From contig NW_005434650.1 in NCBI RefSeq assembly GCF_000315625.1, positions 162,158 through 226,157 on the forward strand: 64,000 nt of DNA, given 5' to 3'. This document shows positions 39,139 through 50,128 of this stretch, one piece after another (the first letter of the stretch is position 1; the number at the start of each line of letters is the position of its first letter). Below the pieces are notes generated by a model. That model made no database searches and was not told the origin of the DNA. It was given only the letters and a program-made list of their open reading frames with translations. The translations under genes were made by a program, and so were the position numbers. Source of the stretch: Guillardia theta CCMP2712. Lineage: Eukaryota; Protista; Cryptophyta.

Positions 39139-42100
39139 ATGGAGGGGAGCATGGAGGCGAGTGCGATCCAATGGATCAACACGTTCGAAGACAAGGAAGA
39201 GAACAAGGTGAGAGCTGCGAGAGAGAAGAGAGCAAGCCGCGAGAGACGAGACGAGGAGAGGAAGAAAAGGAGGAAGGAGGAAGAGGGGAGGAGAAAGGAA
39301 TGGGGAGGGAGGGGAGGTCCTGCAAGGAGGCAAGGGAAGCGAAGGGTGGATCTCACTGGTCTATCATGCGATAGATTTCCTCCCTAGACCAGCTTTCCGA
39401 TGGACTGATTCTGTGAGTTTTGCTCGATGTACAGGATTTCAACTCATGATGATTGACAGACATGAAGTCCTTCGAGACATTGCTCCCGAAAGCTTCTTGG
39501 AGGAGTCGCTCAAGTTGGATGTTGGTTCCAACGTCATCCTGAAGGTCCTGGGTCTGGCTGGCTTCGAAGCTGACGCTTAGTCTCTTGGAGTAGGCCAACA
39601 ACATCAAGCGACTGCTCAAGGAACTGGATGCTTACTACCGAGAAACTTTTCGACAAGAGATGGACGTGAACAGCATAGATGCTAATGCTGTGGCTCGAGG
39701 AGAAGCTGAAGCGGTGCTGTGAACCTGTCAATTCAAATGGTTGATTTAAGGGTGCAGATCATGAAATTGGTTGAACTTGTGTTGGGTTGTGCTGTGCAGT
39801 GTGAGAAGAGACAAAGGTATGATAATATGAATTTAGTCTATCATGACAACGAAATCAGATACATCGAGCGATTGATGAACGATCTCGATAAATCGTCTCA
39901 AGCAAACATCATGATTCTTACTCAGGTCCCTCTACCTCTACCTCTACCTCTACCTCTACCTCTCCCTCTCCCTCTACCTCTACCTCTACCTCTACCTCTA
40001 CAACTACCTGTACCAATACCGGGAAGTCTACCCGTTCCTATGTTTGACGATACCAAGGAGGTGCTTTGACAACCTTGTGGTACTTGGTGGGTCTTTGACA
40101 TCCTGCAAAGACGATGAAGGAGTTCGTTGGAAAGGCATCCTCCAAAGAAGACAATAATGACGAGGTAATGGATCATAGGCCATGCTATATCCATCCCCTT
40201 TCTTTCTCGTCTCGTCTCGTCTCCTCTCCTCTAATCTGCTCTGCCCTCTCCACTCCCCCTCTCTCCTCTCCTCTCTTCTCCTCTCCTCTCCCCTCCTCCT
40301 CTTCTATTTCTCGCTCATTTCTCTTTCAGCCCGTGGAGAGCACAGACCAGAATCGCTTCCGTCGTCTCGCGCATGGCGCTGGGGTACTAGTGCAGGATCT
40401 CGTCCTTCCGCCTCTCATCCTTCCCTCCAGTACGTCCATGGAGGTATCGTGGTTGGCACTGCCGAAAACTCCGGCCCCGACAGGTCTGCTGAGCATGTTT
40501 CCCCTCCCTGACTGTGCATGTCTGCTCTTCTTTCCTCTCCCTCCTTCTCCTGCCAACTGTGCTCATGCTTGTTAACAGATACGGGCANNNNNNNNNNNNN
40601 NNNNNNNNNNNNNNNNNNNNNNNNNNNNNNNNNNNNNNNNNNNNNNNNNNNNNNNNNNNNNNNNNNNNNNNNNNNNNNNNNNNNNNNNNNNNNNNNNNNN
40701 NNNNNNNNNNNNNNNNNNNNNNNNNNNNNNNNNNNNNNNNNNNNNNNNNNNNNNNNNNNNNNNNNNNNNNNNNNNNNNNNNNNNNNNNNNNNNNNNNNNN
40801 NNNNNNCCCCGCCCCCCCCTTTCCATCTAACCCCCGCCCCTCCCCTCCCTCTCTCTCCCCCCCCTCCCTGAATGCACTCCCTCCCTCCCTCCCTCCCTCC
40901 CTCCTTCCCTCCCTCCCTCCCTCCCTCCCTCCCTCCCTCCCTCCCTCCCTTCCCTGCTCACTATCGACAAGGTCAAGTATGCAAACCTGGAGTTGGAGCA
41001 TCAGGATGCCCTCATGCAGCTCCGGTCAGCTCGATCCGAGCTGGAGCGCGTCAAGGTTGGCATTCGCATTCGGTAAGGCAGGGGATGAGGAATGGAACAG
41101 GCGGAGAGAGACATGGCGCTAAATGCCGACGACGCGGAGGAAGGAGTGACTGCGTCTAGTCTAGGAGGTAGAAGAGCGCGAGTGAAGCAACGGGCTGACA
41201 ATGGACAGGAGGAGACGCGGAGATGAGACGAGCGATCGCAAGGCTCTCCATGTGACATCATGCATTCCATCCATGCACGCCTCACAACCTTCAGGGAGAA
41301 TCGGCAGCTGCGAGTTGGGATGATGGCAGGGGATCTGAGCGGGGGGGGGGAGGCAGCCAAGGTGTCTGACTGAAAGTTGGTGCTGGGATGACGTTGACGA
41401 TGCAGAGAGAAGCTGAGGTGAAGGTCTGCAGAGAGACCATCCAGCGACTTGAACAGGACAAGGCAACTTTACAGGATGAGGTAGCGACTCTAAAGGCGCA
41501 TGCCGGAGTGAAGGTGAGAAAGGAGGAGAAGACAAGGCTGACAGCAGAACCTGATGCTTTTCAGGCCGACATGAGGGATCAGCTCGAGCTGGAGGTGCAG
41601 AGGTAATTCGAGGGCATGTGTGCTTGAGAGTCACGCCTGGTCAGACTGAGATCGGAGCATTTGGAGTCGCTTGCGAGCAACGAGAAGATGGGGGAGGAGA
41701 TAGCAAGGTGAGAAAACTGATTTCCTCCTTCCCCCTCCCTCCCTCCCTGCCTCCCTCCCTCCCTCCCTCCCTCCCTCCCTCCCTCCCTCCCTCCCTCCCT
41801 CCCTCCCTCCTCCTCCCTCCCTCCCTCCCTCCCTCCCTCCCTCCCTCCCTCCCTCCCTTCCCCCTCTCCCCCCTCCTTCCTTCCATGACTTGTCTTGTGC
41901 TGCAGACACGTGGAAGAAAAGAACGCGCTAGTCAGCAGCAAGAAGAACCTGTCGGATGAGAACATGACGTTAGCGAGGAAGGCAAGACAAGTCTCTCGCT
42001 CGTCTCTCCTCAGCCTCGTGTAGATCTTCGAAGCCGAGAAGTTGACGTGGGAAGCTGAGCAGCGAGCGCGAGCCATAGAAGACAAGGTGATCGAGACCTG

Positions 42101-42910
42101 TGGCGGGAAGAGCAATGACGAGACTTTGAAGGCGAATTCAAATGCAGGAGAAAGATTTTACCAGGTACAACTTTCTCTTGCTACAAGCTCCTCCCCTTCT
42201 CCTCTCATCTGTTGCTGGTAGAACTGCGATGACCTTCTGCTGGCGGAGAATCAGCAGCTCAAAGCAGATCTATCGGACAAGAGGAGGTTGCTAGCACGAA
42301 AGGTGAGCAGTGGGCAGTGATGAAACCGTCTGAACTCCTTGAAGGATGAAGAGTTGGCGGAGACAAAGAGAATGAAGAACGAGCTTCAACTTGCTGCTGC
42401 TGACAGGTACTAAAAGCCACTCTCCTCCTGCTTCCTTCTGCTTTCCTTCTCTTCGGCTGATATTTTTTCCTCGTCAGTTCTCAAGCTGCAGTCTTGCAGC
42501 AACAAATCAAAGAGATGCAGGTGGCTTCCTCTCCTCCTCCCTCTCACCTTGCCTCTCTCTTGCTGTTCACTGACTTGTCTCATCTCCAGCTCCGCGAAGA
42601 GGAGCAAGCGAAAGCTACGCGACGCAAGATTGCGGCGCAGGTCAGCCTGGCCGCCGGAGCTTGTTGAGCTGAGAGTGAAGGCAGGAGCGGGAGCAGACGC
42701 TGCTGGTGTCGCTCATGTACGACATTGGGATGGAGCTGCACCGGGTGAAGATGCATCAGGTCGGCTGCTGCTGCTCCCCCTCCCTCTGACCCTCTAGCAG
42801 CGCGGAAGCCTCGACAAACCTCCTCTGCTCTCCTGGCTCTCCAGGCGACGACAAGAAGCCGAGCGTGAGGCTCTCTGACACTGATGGACCCACGCCCGCC
42901 TCAGAATAGA
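39139..42910 (+). CDS. Hook/Girdin-family dynein adaptor-like protein (N-terminal CH-like domain + long coiled coil); spans an assembly gap
   Basis: SAIQWINTF, SLDQLSDGLIL, IMKLVELVLGCAVQCEKRQ|RYIERLMNDLDKSSQANIM, then many short coiled-coil exons. Confidence 0.75.
39926..40012. repeat. (CTACCT)n intronic microsatellite
   Basis: Visible 6-bp period. Confidence 0.9.
40588..40806. other. Assembly gap (N run) next to a (CCCT)n tract
   Basis: 219 N characters. Confidence 0.99.
41730..41885. repeat. (CCCT)n intronic microsatellite (another at 40878-40955)
   Basis: Visible. Confidence 0.9.
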
Positions 42911-43044
42911 GAAATAGACCTGAGGCAGGCCTGAGAGAATAAAATATAGTCAGTTGACTGAAACAATAAGTCAACCACTTCGAACTCCCCGACAAATTGC
43001 AACGGCAGAGAAAGCAAATCAGAGCGAGACTGATGAAGTACATG

Positions 43045-43195
43045 GTAGACAGACAGGCAGGCAGGCAGGCAGGCAGCCAGGCAGGCAGCCAGGCAGGCAG
43101 CCAGGCAGGCAGCCAGATAGATAGATAGACAGACAGGCAGGCAGGCAGATAGATAGATAGACAGGCAGGCAGGCAGGCAGGCAGGCAGACAGCGA
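43045..43195. repeat. Compound (GGCA/GACA/GATA)n microsatellite
   Basis: Visible. Confidence 0.9.
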
Positions 43196-43238
43196 CAGAC
43201 CAATCCAGGAATTGGAAATAGTCACAGATTAGAGAAAT

Positions 43239-45460
43239 ATGGAGAAGCTTTTGAGTTCTGACATCGACGCAGGCATTTGAGATGTTCTTTCTAAAAAGAA
43301 TCGCTCTTCAAGAAAGGACGAACAAGATCGACCAGTCTTTCTCGGATCCGAGTCAATGTCTTTGTGGAGAGAAGGAGAATTGTACATCTAGTGTAGATGA
43401 GATTCTTGATGCAGCAAAGAGACTTGACCAGCTTTCTTTGAAGTGCAACGAGGCAGATGAAGCAAGTGAGGCAAACTCAACGAGTTGTGGCGACAGTCTG
43501 AATGAAGAAGCTCAACACGGCAAGGAAGATTCCTGCAAAGTGATTGAGAAGACGATCAGATCTGACGCGTCCTGACGTTGACGGCAGGGCGAGGAGAGCG
43601 CCGACAGCATTGAGGACTCGAGTCTGTGTCGGGAGCTGGACGACTCTCCTCCCACCTCTGTTGGTGAGGCCAAGTCACGGGTTGAGGATGCCTTGAGAGA
43701 GCTGATGGAAGAGGTCGAGGTGACTCAGAGCTGGGCAGCGTCTGAGGCTTGAGCAGGGGATTCCTTTCGTCCACCACGAGAGCATTAAGTGGGGCAAGCA
43801 GCTGGGGAAAGGCGCTTTTGGAACCGTCAAGCTCGCCTCGTGTGTTCTCTTCGGTCAGATTGAGAATGCCGCAATCAAAACCATCACGGCAAGCGACAGA
43901 GAATTCAACGAACGACTTAAGAGCTTCAAAGCCGAAGCGGTTTCAATTCGAATTCCTCTTGATCCTCCTCTCCCAATTCCTCCTCCTCCTTCTCCTCCTC
44001 TTCCTCCTCTTCCTCAATATTCTTCTTCACCATCTCCATGATTATGATCTTCTTCTTCATCATCATCATCCTGAGCTGCTGCTGCTGCTGCTGCTGCATT
44101 CTGATTTCTTCATCCTGCTGCTTTCCCAACATTGCCGCTCCTGCTTCTGTCGTTTCTGCTCCCTTTTTCTCCTCTCCTTTCTCTCCTTACGTGGCTCATT
44201 TTTCAGCTGATAAGCTGGAGAGCCTGCGCAAAGAAACGAACCAACTCGCAACTCAGGTTGCCAGATGGGAGGTGGAGAAGATGATGACTGGACGGCAGGT
44301 CAAGAGTTTGCAACATTTACGCAATCTCCTATCATGTCGTTCATGAAGACGTTGGACCCTCCGCTCACCTTCATCTTCTCATTGAGCACATTCCGGGAAG
44401 TATCGACCTGCACAAAGAGATTTCGGGTGGGCCCTGAGCCCTTGACTCCTCCATCTCCTCCATCGCCCCTCTCCTCCTCTCTCCTCGTGCTCTCTCACCT
44501 TCTCGCAGGCTCAAAGTCATGGTCTAACTTGCGTTGCGATGGCAAAGACACCGGCAGGAGGCTCCGATCTCGCTACGTGACCATCGACGAAGACGGCGAC
44601 GTGTTTGCGTATGTCATGCCGCGAGCGAGGAAACTTCACTTTGCGGTCGAACTCAGCTGGGGGCTAGCAGAGCTGAGAAGAGCAGACATTGTGCATTGTG
44701 ACGTGAAGCCAAGCAACGCACTGCTGCAGGAGAAGAGAAGGGGAAAGAGCCCGGGAGTCATTCTGATCGACTTTGGGGAAGCAAACTTCTCAGAGCAGGC
44801 GAAAGACTGGAACGCAGGAACTCCAGGTGAACGCAGACGATAAGGAAAGAGAGGAGAGGAAAAAGAAAAACAAAGAGAGGGAGGGGAAGGAGAAGTGAGT
44901 TGATCACAGGGTATCAAGCACCAGAGGTGGAGGAGGAAGGAGCTTCATTCGCCTCTGACGTCTACTCCCTTGGCGTCTCGCTCATCGAGTTGTGGACTGG
45001 CGACGTCTGGCAAGGAGCTGAGACGAGGTGAAGGCACAGAAGGAGGAGAAGAAGTCTGAGAGAAACGCAGGGGAGAAGGAGAGCCAGGGATGCGACGAGA
45101 GATCCTCGACGCCCTCAAGAGAGTTCAAGCAGCAGATCCACAGGTACCCATTTCCCGCCCTCCTCTCTTCGGTCTTATCTGCTCTCTTCTCCTTTAGACC
45201 GCTGCCTCCCTTTTCCTCCCCATCTTCGTTTTCTCCTTCAGCTGTTTTCCTTCTCCTCTTTCAACAAGTTTGTTTCAGGTCGCCAAAATTTTGCGTCGAT
45301 GCATTTCGAAGGATCCCAACAAGCGCCCAAGTGCGCGACGGCTGGGAAGGTGAGGAGGGAGAGCGACTCAGACAAGGCTGACGTGAAGTAGCATGTTCCA
45401 CCGCCTACAGTACAAGAGGAAGTTGGAGCGGCTGATGTTTCCATACAAGAAGCCTTAGGC
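43239..45460 (+). CDS. Protein kinase (Ser/Thr or TKL-like), multi-exon
   Basis: WGKQLGKGAFGTVK (~43790), IVHCDVKPSN, ILIDFGEA, AGTPG|YQAPE, SDVYSLGVSLIELWTG, C...DPNKRPSA. Confidence 0.85.
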
Positions 45461-47574
45461 TCTCTCACTAACGCACGCAAACTCACCGATGCCCTCCTGC
45501 AGCTTCTTCGTGTGCTGGTAGGAGCTGTCTTGCTTGCTTCAGAAAGCATCTACGTGGTTGTAATGAACCATCTCCTCCTTGAATTCACCGCGTCTCTCCT
45601 CCAGCAATCGTCACACGAAGCCTCGACCATCCATCCTATACCGTTAATTCAACGATATAGCAGCGCATCGAGTGAGGGCGGCAGTGAAGTCGGGACCGCC
45701 AGAGCTCACCAGAGTCTGAAGAGAATTGGTGAGCTGAGGAGATGACTAGGGACCCTTGATCTTGTGTTAGGAATTTACAATCCTGTTGATCTAACTTGAC
45801 TCTGAGAACTTGAACCATCTTGCTAACATGTTTTATGCAAGCAAACTTCTCTGTAGAGATCTGCTCCTTCCACTCACAAAGACCCTCTTCCATGGCAGCT
45901 CTGGCTCTTGAATTCCGTGTCCCCTCGCTTGCCGCGGACGGTTCCTACTGGCTTCTGCTTGAGGCACTTTCTGCCTTATGCCTTGAATGGGGCGAGTAAA
46001 ACTCTATGGTTACATCCGATGATCGTTCTTATCGCCGTAGACGGTCACCCGGGGCAGCAAGAAGGCGAGCTCGGAGCAGCCGCGAACATCCCAGTGGCGT
46101 GAGAGTCGTGCGATGGACGGAAACTGGGCAAACTCTACTGCGGTGCTTGCTGCTGGTCCGAGCTCGCCTGCTTCCTCCCGGCATCGGTCGGGTCACGCCG
46201 GTCCTTGGGCATTGCCGCGGCGTCGCCGCCGTCACGGGCGGTGTTGGTCTCGGCAGGAGGTTTAGCTTGTTCCTGCTTTGTTTTGCTTGAGGCACTTTTT
46301 ACCTTCTGCCAGTAAATCCGTAGTTTGTGTTCCTGTGTCCAGCCTGCCCCAGGCGGACCCCCGGGCAACGCCGGCTCCTTGTCGGCGGCTGCCCTTTCTC
46401 CGTCCGCGACCGCCAGCTTTGTGGCGGCAGCCGCGGACGTCTCGACTGACAGTGGTCAGTCGGCTGCCTCCGGGTATCGCGTCTAAGTCGTCTAAGGGAT
46501 TTTATTCCTCCTGCTTGCTCCTGCTGCTTGTTGCTTGATTGCTTGACACTTCGGCTGCTTGTCTGCGCGGCTTCGCGCTTGGGCTGGCGATGCCGGGTCT
46601 GCTGACAGTTGCCAGCAGTGCTGGTTCTTTTCGGGCTTGTGTTTTGTGTGTGATTGTGCAGCTTCTCGCTGTTCGCTGTATGCCTGGAGGTTTAGCTTGA
46701 TCCTGCTTTGTTTTGCTTGAGGCACTTTTTACCTTCTGCCAGTAAATCCTATATGACTCCGAGGCTCTCTCTACCTGGGCTGCTGTGTGCTATGCGAGCA
46801 AAACTCAGATCCCGTTGCCAGCAGTGCTAGCCGCGCCTGTTGAGTCTTGCTGCCTTGCGTGTCAGGATACGGATTTACTGGCAGATCATGTAAAAAGTGC
46901 CTCAAGCTGCGAGAGTGACCGCGGTCAGTCGACGCCGTTCCGCCGCCGCAGAGGCCGCGGACGGAGAAAGGGCCCGGGGGTCCGCCTGGGGCAGCGGACA
47001 CATGGAGGCTGGGCGCATGCTCCCTTGGAGAGGATTTACTGGCAGAAGGGAAAAAGTGCCTCAAGCAAAACAAAGCAGGAACACACAGCACACAGCGAGA
47101 AGCTGCACAATCACACACAAAACACAAGCCCGAAAAGAACCAGCACTGCTGGCACCCAGACCCTGCACCGCCAGCCCCAGCAAGCGCGAAGCCGCGCAGA
47201 CAAGCAGCCTAAGGGTCAGGCAATCAAGCAACAAGCAGCAGGAGCATGCAGGAGGAAGAAAATCCCTTACACGCGATACCCGGAGGCAGCCGACTGACCA
47301 CTGTCAGTCGAGACGCCCGCTGCCGCCACAAAGCGGGCGGGCCGCGGACGGAGAAAGGGCCGCTGAGCCGCCGACAAGGAGCCGCCCGTGACGGCGGCGA
47401 CGCCGCAGCAATGCCCAAGGACCGGCGTGACCCGACCGATGCCGGGGAGGAAGCAGGCGAGCTCGGACCAGCAGCAAGCACCCCAGTGGTGTCGAGCTCT
47501 CCGGAGGCACCCGACGTCACAGTGAGGGACGGAGACGCTTGGCCAGCTCCGCGCCGATCGTCGGCGCCACCGTG

Positions 47575-47840
47575 CTGGATGTTTATGCCGTTGCAGCTAC
47601 GTCCGCTATGAAGAAGTACATGTTGGCTGATCTGAAGCTAGAGATTCAACCTCGCGAGTCGAAAGTTTACATCCCCTCTTGGCATCAACACCCTGATCTC
47701 TCGCAGCTGAAGAAGAGCCTTAAGCGCCGTCTCAAGACTCAACTTCTTCACTTCGAGGTCGTCACTGGCGGGATTACACTTGGCAGCCTGCCTATCGGCA
47801 CGGATGGATCCCTCAACGAAGAGCTCTCGAAGCTCGGCGG
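47575..47840 (+). pseudogene. Reverse transcriptase fragment (domains 6-7 region)
   Basis: DLKLEIQPRESKVYIP...GGITLGSLPIGTD resembles the GL.LN..KS.VY...G+..LG.PIG pattern of CRE-clade RTs. Confidence 0.65.
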
Positions 47841-48763
47841 CTCGATGCCTCTTGAGGATGCGGCGTTTGGTCGGCACTTCGTGCCTGATGACGGACCTGC
47901 TGCTGAGGTCCTGGCTCGCAAACGCGCCGCCACCTATCAGCGCCTCACTATGCAGCTGACGCTGGAGGCGCTCTTGTCTGGTGCGAGGCGCATGACGCCC
48001 TTGCGGGCGCAAGCACTTCTCGAGCCAGAGGACAGCTCCTCCTCGGACTTTGTCGAGTCGCCCGAGGGGGAGTCTTCGCCGGAGGTCTCCGACTCCGATG
48101 GGGGAAACCCTTCGAGTGGCCCCGACGATCGGCGCGGAGCTGGCGAGGCGTCTCCGTCCCTCACTGTGAACCACTGGGGTGCTTGCTGCTGGTCCGAGCT
48201 CGCCTGCTTCCTCCCCGGCATCGGTCGGGTCACGCCGGTCCTTGGGCATTGCCGCGGCGTCGCCGCCGTCACGGGCGGCTACCGCTGACTCGGCTACCGC
48301 TGACTCGGAGGTTAGCGAGGAGGACTACCTCGAGCGGTACCGTGTTCATGTGTCCAGCCTCCCTCCGTCCGCTGCCCCAGGCGGACCCCCGGGCAACGCC
48401 GGCTCCTTGTCGGCGGCTGCCCTTTCTCCGTCCGCGGCCGCCCGCTTTGTGGCGGCAGCGGACGTCTCGACTGACAGTGGTCAGTCGGCTGCCTCCGGGT
48501 ATGGCGTCTAAGGGATTTTATTCCTCTTGCATGCTCCTGCTGCTTGTTGCTTGATTGCTTGACCCTTAGGCTGCTTGTCTGCGCGGCTTCGCGCTTGGGC
48601 TGGCGATGCCGCGTCTGGGTGCCAGCAGTGCTGGTTCTTTTCGGGCTTGTGTTTTGTGTGTGTTTGTGCAGCTTCTCGCTGTGGACTGTGTGCCTGCCGG
48701 TTCAGCTTGATCCTGCTTTGTTTTGCTTGAGGCACTTTTTACCTTCTGCCAGTAAATCCTATA
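47841..48763 (+). mobile_element. Longest contiguous 5'-truncated copy: ORF C-terminus (stop at 48511) + ~250-bp 3' UTR + TATA tail
   Basis: SMPLEDAAFG...YQRLTMQL...SGQSAASGYGV*, then a T/G-rich UTR ending CAGTAAATCC-TATA. A small internal deletion at ~48169 is seen relative to the minus copy at 47490-47520. Confidence 0.8.
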
Positions 48764-50128
48764 CCTGCCAGAAGCTGCGCTTCTTCCTCCAGGGGTCTTC
48801 TCCGTTTCTCCCGCGGGTCCAATCACAGATTCGTCGCTTTGACCTCTCTGTCCACCTGGCGCTTGAGAAATACCACCGCTGGCCTTCCTCGCAGTACCTC
48901 GCCGCGCATCCCGACCTGCTCGAGTTTGCGAGGTTCAAGCGGGAGCTTCCGCATAGTCGGGGAGGGGACGAGTTCACGCCCTCTGAGGGTAAACACCCCG
49001 CTGTTTACTGAGTATATAGGATTTACTGGCAGAAGGTAAAAAGTGCCTCAAGCAAAACAAAGCAGGATCAAGCTGAACCGGCAGGTACACAGTCCACAGC
49101 GAGAAGCTGCACAAACACACACAAAACACAAGCCCGAAAAGAACCAGCACTGCTGGCACCCAGACGCGGCATCGCCAGCCCAAGCGCGAAGCCGCGCAGA
49201 CAAGCAGCCTAAGGGTCAAGCAATCAAGCAACAAGCAGCAGGAGCATGCAGGAGGAATAAAATCCTTTAGACGCGATACCCGGAGGCAGCCGACTGACCA
49301 CCAATGTGTGGTTCTGTACGGTACGTACTATACGGCTATCGCTCGCTTCCTCGCTTGGTACTCTGACCAGCCGATGTCCCGGACGCTGCCCTCTCCTCAT
49401 AGCCTGGACGTTCACAGCTCGAGATCTCTCCGTGCCCAGAAGCATCCTCTGGCGACCTTCTTCGTTGAGGCGCACGACTTCGTTCATAATGCTGGAGCGT
49501 ACATTGGCAGCTCTGCCGACCTGACCAAGTGGGGGGAGGTCAACCTCGACGCCCTCCATGTTGCAGCGTCTGAGAAGGTATAGGATTCGCAAACATCGCG
49601 CTGCATATGCCATGACTACTCCTCCTCGAGCGTTCATCCCTCTTGCCATCTCGACGGACGGTACCCTGCATCCTGACACCCTCCGCTTCATCTGGTATCT
49701 CGCGGACATCATTGCTCAGCGCTCGATGCCTCTTGAGGATGCGGCGTTTGGTCGGCACTTCGTGCCTGATGACGGCCCTGCTGCTGAGGTCCTGGCTCGC
49801 AAACGCGCCGCCACCTATCAGCGCCTCACTATGGTTCTTTTCGGGCTTGTGTTTTGTGTGTGCTTGTGCAGCTTCTCGCTGTGGACTGTGTGCCTGCCGG
49901 TTCCGCTTGTGTCCTGCTTTGTTTTGCTTGAGGCACTTTTTACCTTCTGCCAGTAAATCCTATAAAGGCTATGCAGCTGACGCTGGAGGCGCTCTTGTCT
50001 GGTGCGAGGCGCATGACGCCCTTGCGGGCGCAAGCACTTCTCGAGCCAGAGGACAGCTCCTCCTCGGACTTTGTCGAGTCGCCCGAGGGGGAGTCTTCGC
50101 CGGAGGTCTCCGACTCCGATGGGGGAAA
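48764..50128 (+). pseudogene. RT thumb and RLE endonuclease remnants of an older host copy, interrupted by younger copies
   Basis: CQKLRFFLQG...RRFD...ELPHSRGG (thumb LP..GG motif). Also HDF..IGSS...ALHVAASEK/IRKHRAAY...FIPLAISTDGTLHPDTLRFIWYLAD (RLE C-terminal K..K[HY]...F.P....T.G.LH pattern). Confidence 0.75.

Noticed and set aside
40387-41122. ORFs spanning the N run
   Set aside because: They depend on the assembly gap and (CCCT)n.
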